Part shown: positions 37,863 to 46,664 of the stretch, one piece after another | Numbering within the stretch: the first letter of the stretch is position 1 | Layout of the letters: every line of letters begins with the position of its first letter | Source: Candidatus Cloacimonadota bacterium | GTDB lineage: Bacteria > Cloacimonadota > Cloacimonadia > Cloacimonadales > WRIO01 | NCBI GenBank assembly: GCA_009777575.1 | Contig: WRLO01000010.1 | Span: forward strand, 1 to 61,496 | DNA length: 61,496 nucleotides | Direction of reading: 5' to 3' | Notes under the pieces: generated by a model | The model's database searches: none | The model's input: the letters and a program-made list of their open reading frames with translations, nothing else | What the model was told of the DNA's origin: nothing | Made by a program: the position numbers and the translations under genes

Positions 37863-38403
37863 TTCCTAATGTTATAATTTTATTAAGCCTTTGTTGTATT
37901 TCATTTGTAAGTTCATTTTTCAAGATTTCGAGTATCACGCTTAGTAATATTTCTTTGAAATCAGTTATTTCTGTGAACTTTAACTTTAGGGTATCTGAGG
38001 GGATGTTTTCAAAAAAAACATTGATAGTACTCTCGCTATCATCACAAATCTTGAAACCAGCTATAATTATAGGGAAACCTTCAACTTGCTGTTTTTTTAG
38101 ATTTTTAGCATATTCATATTCTTCAAAGGTATATTTTCCCATTTTTTTACCTATTAAGAGTAAAAAAATATTACAATCATCTATTTCTGTTAAAAATTGT
38201 TCTTGTTTTCTTCCATTTGTAATAGCTTTATCAGAAAATTCACAGATAAACATATTGATCATGATGTTATGGTCTATAACAACATTTTTTATTTGTCGGA
38301 TAAAATTTTTTAGTGATTGACGCTCATCTGCAAACTCCTCTATTGAGGAAGCGAGGAAGATTTTTATGTTTATCTTCGGTTTCGTGAAAATGTTTGCTGA
38401 CAT
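37837..38403 (-). CDS. Stand-alone DUF4062-like domain protein.
   Basis: KIFLASSIEEFADERQSLKNFI...CNIFLLLIGKKMGKYTFEEYEYA fits the DUF4062 pattern (FISSxFxDLxxER...CDIxxxIIGxRYG). 26-bp overlap with the downstream gene. Confidence 0.55.
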   Translation of the reverse strand: MSANIFTKPKINIKIFLASSIEEFADERQSLKNFIRQIKNVVIDHNIMINMFICEFSDKAITNGRKQEQFLTEIDDCNIFLLLIGKKMGKYTFEEYEYAKNLKKQQVEGFPIIIAGFKICDDSESTINVFFENIPSDTLKLKFTEITDFKEILLSVILEILKNELTNEIQQRLNKIITLGNERTNEKN

Positions 38404-38576
38404 ATTTATTAATCCTTTAGGAGAATAAACAACTTTTCGTTTATATTTTTCCCTTTATGCTTTTTATGTTGTTTGTAAAATGATAAATGTCATATGTAAA
38501 GGAAATAATTGGCATTAAAAGAAAAAATATTATGAAACCTTCGTGTAGATAGTTCATAAATTAATATTCTTCTTTA

Positions 38577-39374
38577 TTAAATATTATTCCGCCAGTTAGA
38601 GAATCTTTCCACTATGTCATCACGAGTAGGTAATAAATGGGCATGTTTGCTTCCACGAGTTATTAATTCATTTTCGCAGGCAACTCCTAATTCATTTTCA
38701 ATATATAGTTTAAAATCACTACAATTGATAAACTGACATGAAAAAATATCTGCAAAACAAGTTTTCTCTTCAATGTTATAGTGTAGAGCAATATGACTTT
38801 CTGCTATCATGGTCATTCCTGATATAAAAATAGGTTTCTTTACATTGTCTGTTATAACCATTGGACGCATTATTGGTGTCATACTTAGTTTTGGAGGCAA
38901 TTTATCTAATATAGCATAGATTCTAGAAAAATCTAAAGAGATTGTCTCAAGATTTTTTATTAAATAATGTGGACCAAAATCCTTATTTTCATCAATTATT
39001 GTTTTTGCTTTTTGTTCATTGATATTGACATTTCTATTGATGTTGTAAATTTTTTCTGTTCCATAAGGTAGTTCTTTTTTTAAAACCAGAACAAATTTAT
39101 CTGAATCAAAAAAGCTACTGTAAAGTAAATCTACGAAATAACACTCTCTTTCAGGAAAGGTATGAATTGTAAAATGACCGCCTTTAAGTAGTACGAAAGC
39201 ACTGATTCCGTCATCAGATTGCTCCTTACCATAAAAATATGGTATGATAATCGGTGGCATTATAGTTTTTAAAGATAAATAATCAGTTATCTTTGATATT
39301 GTGTTGTATAGTGCTCGCATATCATTTAGTTTTGAGTCTGAGCATTTATACGCGTCCAGCATTATATGTTCCAT
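38577..39374 (-). CDS. S-adenosylmethionine decarboxylase (SpeH class 1b)-like N-terminal domain with a ~160-aa C-terminal extension. The self-processing Ser is replaced (GGH instead of ESH).
   Basis: HIMLDAYKCSDSKLNDM...GISAFVLLKGGHFTIHTFPERECYFVDLLYSS aligns with SpeH HVISELWGCDFDKLNDM...[32 protein letters not shown]. Last gene of the TIR-led operon. Confidence 0.55.
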   Translation of the reverse strand: MEHIMLDAYKCSDSKLNDMRALYNTISKITDYLSLKTIMPPIIIPYFYGKEQSDDGISAFVLLKGGHFTIHTFPERECYFVDLLYSSFFDSDKFVLVLKKELPYGTEKIYNINRNVNINEQKAKTIIDENKDFGPHYLIKNLETISLDFSRIYAILDKLPPKLSMTPIMRPMVITDNVKKPIFISGMTMIAESHIALHYNIEEKTCFADIFSCQFINCSDFKLYIENELGVACENELITRGSKHAHLLPTRDDIVERFSNWRNNI

Positions 39375-39392
39375 CTATTTCTCCTATTTTAT

Positions 39393-40163
39393 TTATTCAA
39401 ATATATCTAATTTCAATTTTTGGTAGACATTAAGTTCAAAGATTTCGTTGTGATAATTCAAACCATCCAAAGAACAATATACTACTTTATACTTATTACT
39501 TTCATTTTCAATGGAATATAAGAACCAATAACGACCATCTACTTTACTCCTAATCAAAAAATATGATGTGTCGAATAATTCGTTTGTAGATTTTAACCGT
39601 AAATTAACTGAATTAAAATCCGAGTTATCCTCTTTTTTTTCCAAAATTTCAAGATCATAGAGAAATATTAAGGTGTTACATAACCCCAATAATCTTTGAA
39701 GTAAAAACTCCTCGTTATCCTCTGCACACCTTGCACTAGTAAGCCAAGTCTTTATTAAATCTTTAAATATAGGTATTTTCATTGTATTTTCACTACTTGA
39801 AATAATATTACTAAAATAAGATTCATTCCCTTGGATTGACACATCTTCCTGCATTTCTGTAAGTACATGATTAATTAAAGGTAATCCAAAGTTGTTTCCC
39901 TTGAAGATTGATTTCAGCAAATCAAAAACATTACTAGCTTTTGTTGAATTAAATAACCTTTCCTCTTCGCTTTTCTCTTTTTTATTGTGATAATACTTAA
40001 TGAAAGTTAAGATAAATGCTGTATTTAATAATCGATTTAAAACATCAATACCCTTTAAATCTCTACCTCTTAGGTTTGGCATGCCAAAAATCATCTCTTT
40101 TAAGGTTGGACATGTTATTTCATTATTAAGTTTTTGAGCAAACGATTTATAGCTTATTTCCAC
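39393..40163 (-). CDS. Hypothetical protein (256 aa).
   Basis: ORF in an operon. Start overlaps the stop of the upstream ParA-like gene. No recognisable motif. Confidence 0.45.
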   Translation of the reverse strand: MEISYKSFAQKLNNEITCPTLKEMIFGMPNLRGRDLKGIDVLNRLLNTAFILTFIKYYHNKKEKSEEERLFNSTKASNVFDLLKSIFKGNNFGLPLINHVLTEMQEDVSIQGNESYFSNIISSSENTMKIPIFKDLIKTWLTSARCAEDNEEFLLQRLLGLCNTLIFLYDLEILEKKEDNSDFNSVNLRLKSTNELFDTSYFLIRSKVDGRYWFLYSIENESNKYKVVYCSLDGLNYHNEIFELNVYQKLKLDIFE

Positions 40164-41056
40164 TATTCATCTCCCATCTCAGCAATTACTTCAGACAATT
40201 TCTGGTATCGATTTGCTGCTTCTTTTTCATCCTCTAAAAGAGTTATTTTGTCTATATGTTCTAATTTATATAGAACATCTTCACGCCATTTAAAACGTTC
40301 TACTTCATTTATACCAAGTTTATCGTAATCAATAAAACTTGAATTTATATTCTTTAACTCGAATATTTTTATTTTTTCCATGATATCTTCTAACGCTGCA
40401 TTGAGTTGTTTTTTTCCATCTATTTCTCTGTCAAGCCGAGGTACAACAGTTGGTAAAAGGATTATGTCTTTATCTTTGTTTATTCTTTTGTATCTGTCGA
40501 GGTATCGAAATGTGCCAGTTCTAAATTGAGTTGTAGCCCGTAGGCAACACACAACTATAGAAGCTGCATTAACGGAGAGCTTAGCGGAAAATTGATCACC
40601 AGCCGAACTATCAATTACTATGCCGGCAAAATGATTGTTTGTGCAAAAGCGTTCCAAATTTTTAAAATGTTGTTCCTGCATTCCGTCTTTGTCGTCAAAT
40701 CCGATTTTTTTGGGATTATCATCAACACCTAGAAATACAACTGACTCATGCTCAACACCCAAACAATTCCCGACGGGTACAAATTGTTTAAATAATCTAT
40801 GATCATGCAAACTCTGTTCTGTTGTTGACCACTGGATTGATCCTTTTAGAAAATCTTTTATGTCAAATTTATCTTTAAAACTCCATTCTTGCTTCATCAA
40901 GTATGTCATACCAGCACTATCAAGATCCATATCGAGTAACAAAATAGGAGTTTCTTTCGTTGCTCCAAGTGACGAAACCAAATATGGTAAAGTATTCTGG
41001 GTGGTAGAACTTCTTCCTGATCCCCCCTTAAATGAGTAAAAAGTGATTATTTTCAT
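40163..41056 (-). CDS. ParA/MinD-superfamily P-loop ATPase with a deviant Walker A (KGGSGRSST. The canonical Lys is replaced by Arg).
   Basis: KIITFYSFKGGSGRSSTTQNT compared with the canonical KGGVGKTT. Later VIDSSAG matches the ParA-type DxxP/G motif. Confidence 0.55.
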   Translation of the reverse strand: MKIITFYSFKGGSGRSSTTQNTLPYLVSSLGATKETPILLLDMDLDSAGMTYLMKQEWSFKDKFDIKDFLKGSIQWSTTEQSLHDHRLFKQFVPVGNCLGVEHESVVFLGVDDNPKKIGFDDKDGMQEQHFKNLERFCTNNHFAGIVIDSSAGDQFSAKLSVNAASIVVCCLRATTQFRTGTFRYLDRYKRINKDKDIILLPTVVPRLDREIDGKKQLNAALEDIMEKIKIFELKNINSSFIDYDKLGINEVERFKWREDVLYKLEHIDKITLLEDEKEAANRYQKLSEVIAEMGDE

Positions 41057-43134
41057 TCTTTTATCTCCTTATTCTTCTTCTCAATCAAAATAAAAATGTC
41101 TTTTAGAGATGTTCTTTTTTCTTCTGGTTTATCTATGTTAGCCACTATAAACTCAAAGAACTTTAGTACCGCTCCATCTATTTCTTTTTTGGACAATTCC
41201 TTAATAGCATCATCATCATCGAGTTTTTCTGATAAGTGTTTTACAAGCTGTAAAGGATAATGGTATCGACTTTCAAAATAATTATTTAATGAATTACACA
41301 ATAATTTTGAATTTTTATTTAGATTGTCAATATTTCTGTCAATAGGTGTATTTTTTACATAGAATCTGCTTACTTCATCTAAAGTGTCGCATATTGATTT
41401 TATTGCTTCGTTATGGATTTTTCGAATAATAGAATTTTCTATTATATATTCTTCTCTTACTTGAGCAATTTCATTTTTTTTCTCCTCTTCCAATCGTTTT
41501 AGAACTGGTTGTTGTGATTTTTTCACTTGCTCAGTAATGCTTTTTGTTAATTTTTTTTCTAGGGTTGGAGTTACACTCTCTTCAGCTTCCTTTTTGTCTT
41601 TGAAAGTGGTGGTATAGTCTCTTTCAAAATCATCGTAGTAGTTATAAAAATCTGCAATGGCTTCAATATATCTCGCTGTAGTTAGAAGATCATATTGACG
41701 ATTTTCCCATAACCATTCTTTAGAAAGCTTTGATTCCAATATCAGATCAAAAAGCGAACCTAAATCCTTTTGAGGAAATCGGTGTATATGTGATGCTACT
41801 AAGTTGTTTACTCGTGCCAACAAAGGCAATAAACTAGATGCTTGAATTGACGCTGCATTCAATTCCTTTCCAAATCTTTTTATTGAATCGTGTGGCTGGT
41901 CAAAATTGATAATATGTTTTTCTACAATACTATCTAAATCAAGTTCCTTTAGTTTATTATAGTATTGTTGTATTTTCAATAAACCATCAACGATTGTTTT
42001 TTTAACATCGTTTTCAAGATCAATCATCCATTTTTCTTTTTTATCTTCATCAATTATGTTCTCACGAACAGTGTAATTATTCTTATAGGTATAAAAAAGA
42101 ATGAAAATGACATACAAACTGTTAAACAATACCGAAGATCTGGATGATTTTTCAATTTCTGCTTCTTCAATATTATTAACATCATTGTTTATTTTATCTT
42201 CAAAAAAGTTTTTTTTGAGTTTATGTTCAAAATAATCCCAAGCTTTATCACCTATTTTAAAACAGATTTTCATAAATTGATTTTGCAATGGTTCATCGTA
42301 GTTACCCTCATTAATGAATTTTAACAATTCGACATCTTCTGTACTTCCTTCAGATTTGCTTAGGTTTAAACAATTGTCATCAAAATCTGCAAAAGCTTCT
42401 ACAACAGAATAGGTGAAAAATAGAGAAGGCTCTTCACAACCATTTGCATATCCATAACCAATATACTCTCTGGATATTTTATCTTTTTCATCGATTATCT
42501 CGTTACAATCAATGAAATTATTGATAAAAAATCTAATATTCTCTCTGATATTTTGAAATATCTTTTGTTCTTGTTCATGTGAAATATCAATTTTTTTATC
42601 CAATTGAGCCTTTCTTGCAGCAAGAAACATGGAGAATGCCCATGTCCGTGCTCCAATATAATCAACTTTTGTGTTATTTGCAGTTCTTCCTTTATGAAAA
42701 AACTTTTCATTTATTTCTTCATCTAAATATGGAGATAAATCATAACCATATTCCTCTATATAACTAATGGTTTTAGTAAGATAATTTTGAATTATTTCTT
42801 TGTCTTCTTTTGAATCAACAGCAATTTCAAAACTATTTATCAAACTCAACAAACCAACTATTCCATATAAATCGGTCATCAGACCAGGTGTCCTATCACG
42901 CTCATTGAGATAAAATCGACTACCATTATTTAATGTTTCATTTGAAGATTCTTTCAATCTTTTCATTAGAGCATCATAAATCAATTTCCCTGCTGATTGT
43001 TTTTTCTTAAATAGTCGCAGAGTTCCTATTTGTCCACTGTCTGCTGTAGTGTCTAATAATTCTTTTAACGCGTTTTCACGCTTAATTGTGTTTTCACTCA
43101 CAATATTTTCATTTTTTGTTTTGTTTTCAATCAT
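41053..43134 (-). CDS. Large hypothetical protein (693 aa), predominantly alpha-helical. No recognisable motif.
   Basis: ORF with a 4-bp overlap to the downstream ParA-like gene and a 22-bp gap to the upstream agmatine-deiminase-family gene. Confidence 0.45.
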   Translation of the reverse strand: MIENKTKNENIVSENTIKRENALKELLDTTADSGQIGTLRLFKKKQSAGKLIYDALMKRLKESSNETLNNGSRFYLNERDRTPGLMTDLYGIVGLLSLINSFEIAVDSKEDKEIIQNYLTKTISYIEEYGYDLSPYLDEEINEKFFHKGRTANNTKVDYIGARTWAFSMFLAARKAQLDKKIDISHEQEQKIFQNIRENIRFFINNFIDCNEIIDEKDKISREYIGYGYANGCEEPSLFFTYSVVEAFADFDDNCLNLSKSEGSTEDVELLKFINEGNYDEPLQNQFMKICFKIGDKAWDYFEHKLKKNFFEDKINNDVNNIEEAEIEKSSRSSVLFNSLYVIFILFYTYKNNYTVRENIIDEDKKEKWMIDLENDVKKTIVDGLLKIQQYYNKLKELDLDSIVEKHIINFDQPHDSIKRFGKELNAASIQASSLLPLLARVNNLVASHIHRFPQKDLGSLFDLILESKLSKEWLWENRQYDLLTTARYIEAIADFYNYYDDFERDYTTTFKDKKEAEESVTPTLEKKLTKSITEQVKKSQQPVLKRLEEEKKNEIAQVREEYIIENSIIRKIHNEAIKSICDTLDEVSRFYVKNTPIDRNIDNLNKNSKLLCNSLNNYFESRYHYPLQLVKHLSEKLDDDDAIKELSKKEIDGAVLKFFEFIVANIDKPEEKRTSLKDIFILIEKKNKEIKE

Positions 43135-43155
43135 TTTACTCCTCCTTATTAGGAT

Positions 43156-44163
43156 TTAAATATTTCGACTGATACAATGAATTCCCCCGCCACCAAGAAC
43201 AACTTCTCTTGCATTGAATGGGACTATTTTTCTATTAGGAAATGTTTGCTGGAAAACTTCCAATGCTTTTTTATCTTGCTCAACTCCAAATTGTGGAGCT
43301 ATTATGCCGCCGTTCACGAACATAAAATTGATATAGCTTGCCTGAATAGAATCACCAACCAACCTTTTTTTGCTATCTTCTCTAATCTCAATTCCTTCTC
43401 TATCATCTTGTGATGCAAAAAAAATGTCTGGAGTCGGGATTTTCACTATTTTATATGGAATGCCATTTATATTTTCAGATTTTTCTAATGTTTTGAAAGC
43501 TTCTCGTACTACATGATATTGTGGATTGTTTTTGTCATCTGTCCAAGAAAGAATTACTGTGTTTGAATCAGCAAAAGTACATATATTGTCTATATGTCCG
43601 CCTGTTTCATCAAAAACAAGACCCCTATTTATCCAGATTATCTGTTTTATTTTTAAGACTTGTTTTAGTTCTTTCTCAATATCTTCTATAGAAATAGAAT
43701 TTCGTTTAATTACACTTTCTTTTACAAGTAATAATGTTCCATTTCCATCAGAAACAATATTTCCACCCTCTAACACTAAACTGCTTTCTTCAATTTTTAC
43801 CTTAAGGATTTGAGTTATTTGCTGAGCAACCGTGCTGTCTTTAGTTACATCACCTATTAACCCTCCATAAGCATCATATTGGAAAGCAGTAAATATGTCA
43901 TCGAAAATTGGTATAGCTCCTGTATCTCTAACCCAAATATCGTCATAATCAATTTTTTTAAAATGTATCTCATAATTGAGTTTATTCATTTTACTTGGAA
44001 CATTGTTTTCATTATATCCCAATATTACAGGTTCAAACTCTGATACAAACTCGGCCAAGTTTTCGACTATTCTTTTAATTGGGTCAGCATTCATCCGCCA
44101 AACATCACTTCTTTCAGGATATAGCAAAATAGTATATTGGTGTTTTTCAAATTCAGACTTCAT
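43156..44163 (-). CDS. Agmatine deiminase / porphyromonas-type peptidyl-arginine deiminase family enzyme (guanidino-group modifying).
   Basis: WVRDTGAIPIF. C-terminal SYINFMFVNGGIIAPQFG...VLGGGGIHCISRN is almost superimposable on the AguA C-terminus, including the catalytic Cys. Confidence 0.75.
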   Translation of the reverse strand: MKSEFEKHQYTILLYPERSDVWRMNADPIKRIVENLAEFVSEFEPVILGYNENNVPSKMNKLNYEIHFKKIDYDDIWVRDTGAIPIFDDIFTAFQYDAYGGLIGDVTKDSTVAQQITQILKVKIEESSLVLEGGNIVSDGNGTLLLVKESVIKRNSISIEDIEKELKQVLKIKQIIWINRGLVFDETGGHIDNICTFADSNTVILSWTDDKNNPQYHVVREAFKTLEKSENINGIPYKIVKIPTPDIFFASQDDREGIEIREDSKKRLVGDSIQASYINFMFVNGGIIAPQFGVEQDKKALEVFQQTFPNRKIVPFNAREVVLGGGGIHCISRNI

Positions 44164-45280
44164 TTTCTGCCTCTTTATACAAATTTATTAATTTGGGAAA
44201 CTTTTTAATAATCTGATTTTGGGGTATGGGAATGAATGCTTTATGATAAATTTTCCCGAAAGACTTATGATTTATTAAAAAACTAAATCCCAATCTTTTC
44301 ATTTGATTTTCAACTTCAGGTGAAAAAACATTTATACACCATTCTTTAAAAAAAACTCCTTTTTCTGCGTATTCTTCAATTTGCCCATAAAAAGACTCCG
44401 TCAGTTTCATGTAATTATCCAAATTACGATAATCGGGTAAAATAGAGATAGCGAGTATATATCCATAATAAAAATCTGGAAAAGCAATTAGTTCTATTTT
44501 TTCATAATCAATATCTTTTTCCATCAATAATCCTTCTTTTGCTTTTTCAAAAACATCTTTTTTCAGAGCAACGATCTGCCAGTCACCAACTATCTCATTT
44601 TCAAAATTTAACATAAAACGAGATGTTTCACTAGAATCTTGAATAAATTGTTGCCACTGACTAGCTGTTCCTTCAACTTCATCTGGTATTTCATTAAAGT
44701 TTATATAATCATTTTTAACAAGTTGCGAGGCTATTTTCTCAGCAGTATATCCTAATTTAAGTAATTCATTGTACTTCGCCATACGTGTGATAGATATGTT
44801 TGAATCATAGTCTTCTGGTTCTTCTCTTTTTTTGTGCACTATTTTTTTTTCTTTTGATTCATTAGATTCAGTAGATATAGGTATCTCCTGACTAGCAACT
44901 TTTTTATTTACTAATGACACTAACTCACTTAGTTTACATATTGTAGTGGCATCTATAAACTGCTTTCGAGCTAACCAATAACGCATCTCATCATCTAAAG
45001 CAATTTCTTCAAGCTTATATGGTATGATGATTTTCTTGTTTGTATAAGCCTCGTCGACCTCAGTTCTAATATGATCTGATTTTAGAGAGTTTTTTGTCAG
45101 TAACAAAATGAAAACCTTACAGTTTCTAATTGCTTTAGGTATTTCTTCAGCGTATGATTTTCCACCTTCAACATCACGATAACTTATCCAACATTTGATG
45201 TCATTTAACTCTAATTCTTTCATGGTTTTTTCAGCTGTTTCTTTTTCATCACTCGCATATGATATGAACACATCATGCAT
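44153..45280 (-). CDS. TIR-domain protein with a ~240-aa C-terminal domain of unknown function (possibly GNAT-like).
   Basis: N-terminal DVFISYASDEKETAE...IKCWISYRDVEGGKSYAEEI...VFILLLTKNSLKSDHIRTEVDEA (TIR with a candidate catalytic Glu). First gene of a six-gene operon. Confidence 0.7.
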   Translation of the reverse strand: MHDVFISYASDEKETAEKTMKELELNDIKCWISYRDVEGGKSYAEEIPKAIRNCKVFILLLTKNSLKSDHIRTEVDEAYTNKKIIIPYKLEEIALDDEMRYWLARKQFIDATTICKLSELVSLVNKKVASQEIPISTESNESKEKKIVHKKREEPEDYDSNISITRMAKYNELLKLGYTAEKIASQLVKNDYINFNEIPDEVEGTASQWQQFIQDSSETSRFMLNFENEIVGDWQIVALKKDVFEKAKEGLLMEKDIDYEKIELIAFPDFYYGYILAISILPDYRNLDNYMKLTESFYGQIEEYAEKGVFFKEWCINVFSPEVENQMKRLGFSFLINHKSFGKIYHKAFIPIPQNQIIKKFPKLINLYKEAENEV

Positions 45281-45461
45281 AATTTTCCTCCTAATTTATT
45301 AATTTATGGACTGTTTCTTGTGTCTCCATGGCAATGCGTTTTCTTTGTTTATAGTTTTCACATCTTTACAGATATCAACTGTTATTTTAATAATAGTATT
45401 ATTTCCCACTAAAGTTAAAAATATTCCTGATGTAAATCTTAATTTTTTTTTTCTCATAAAC

Positions 45462-46643
45462 TTATTTTCCTTTAATAAATTCTAAGTAATTCAATTCAGC
45501 AATTAGTCTATGCCCCTCAACATTTGGATGAACCATATCCAAAGAAATTGAATCTCTGAGAGGATTAAGGTTGAAACTCATCAGATTTAATCGATTTGAC
45601 ATGTGTGCATGAACATCAGTTACTAAAAAACCTTTTTGTTCACTTGCTTCTATAATCATAGAGTTCATAGCTTCGAGATATATACTTGCCCATTCTGACA
45701 ATGGTATAGAAAGCAACAATATTTCCTCAGGAATAGGATTAAAGATTGTGTTAACTATGATAGTCGCATTAGGTGCATTATTTTCAATCCAAATGATGAT
45801 TTCTTGAAATTCTGATGTGAATGTTTGTAGACCTGAATCAAAAGCTACCATCAATTCATCAGAAATATTACCATCAAGGACAGAATACACTGTTGGAGCA
45901 CCCACGATAACATCTTTGGCACCAGTAAATAAGCTACCAAAACCAGAACCGATGCGTTTTATTCCTTCCCATGCTCCTTTTGCATCAAAACTTGATTGAT
46001 CGTTTTCAGAAACAACACTTCGGACACCAGAAGATATTTCGTTGAATAAGTCGAGAGACCCTGCAACTACTTCCTCCCCACCCACTTTTATACTAGATAA
46101 TCCAGCAGCTAATTGAGTATTTGACACATAATCAATAAAGGGTAATAATACATTATTACCACCTATATTCACCGAAACAACTCGTGCTTTTTTAAACTTT
46201 TTTAACTCTTTTTTAGTTTGATTGTTCAACATTTCTAATAAATCAGAAGTTGTAAAACCATTCTGTGCCAAGTTGTAGTGTTCTTTTACATAACCATCGG
46301 TTTGTAACTTATGAAATAGTTGAAATGTATAGTATTGGGATTCTTCATCTATTCCAAAACCTGAAGAAACAGAATCTCCAAGAGCTATGTAAATATATGG
46401 TTTTGAATCTTTTGTAAAATATAAGATTAGAAAACCAATAAGAATAACTACAATTACACAGATAATAATTATTGGATTAAAATTTTTGTTACCAGATTTA
46501 GAGGGAGTCAATTTTCTTGAGGTTCCCTTTCTTGAATCTTCATTATTTTTATATCCTGTGTAACTTTTTGGCTTTGTCCCACCAGACACAGTTGATGCCT
46601 TATAACCAGTGGTTCCCTTGGATGCACCATATTTACTTGTCAT
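45462..46643 (-). CDS. SGNH/GDSL-family hydrolase with an N-terminal Ser/Gly/Thr/Lys-rich segment and a TM anchor.
   Basis: IYIALGDSVSSGFG (GDSxxxG block I). TM helix IIIICVIVVILIGFLILYF. Last gene of the tubulin-like/vWA operon. Confidence 0.65.
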   Translation of the reverse strand: MTSKYGASKGTTGYKASTVSGGTKPKSYTGYKNNEDSRKGTSRKLTPSKSGNKNFNPIIIICVIVVILIGFLILYFTKDSKPYIYIALGDSVSSGFGIDEESQYYTFQLFHKLQTDGYVKEHYNLAQNGFTTSDLLEMLNNQTKKELKKFKKARVVSVNIGGNNVLLPFIDYVSNTQLAAGLSSIKVGGEEVVAGSLDLFNEISSGVRSVVSENDQSSFDAKGAWEGIKRIGSGFGSLFTGAKDVIVGAPTVYSVLDGNISDELMVAFDSGLQTFTSEFQEIIIWIENNAPNATIIVNTIFNPIPEEILLLSIPLSEWASIYLEAMNSMIIEASEQKGFLVTDVHAHMSNRLNLMSFNLNPLRDSISLDMVHPNVEGHRLIAELNYLEFIKGK

Positions 46644-46664
46644 TTTTTACATCCTTTTAAATTT

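Noticed and set aside
45290-45450. 52-codon minus-strand ORF (MRKKKLRFTSG...) in the gap between the SGNH gene and the TIR gene.
   Set aside because: It is too short, has no RBS and no motif, and the region is more plausibly the promoter of the TIR-led operon.
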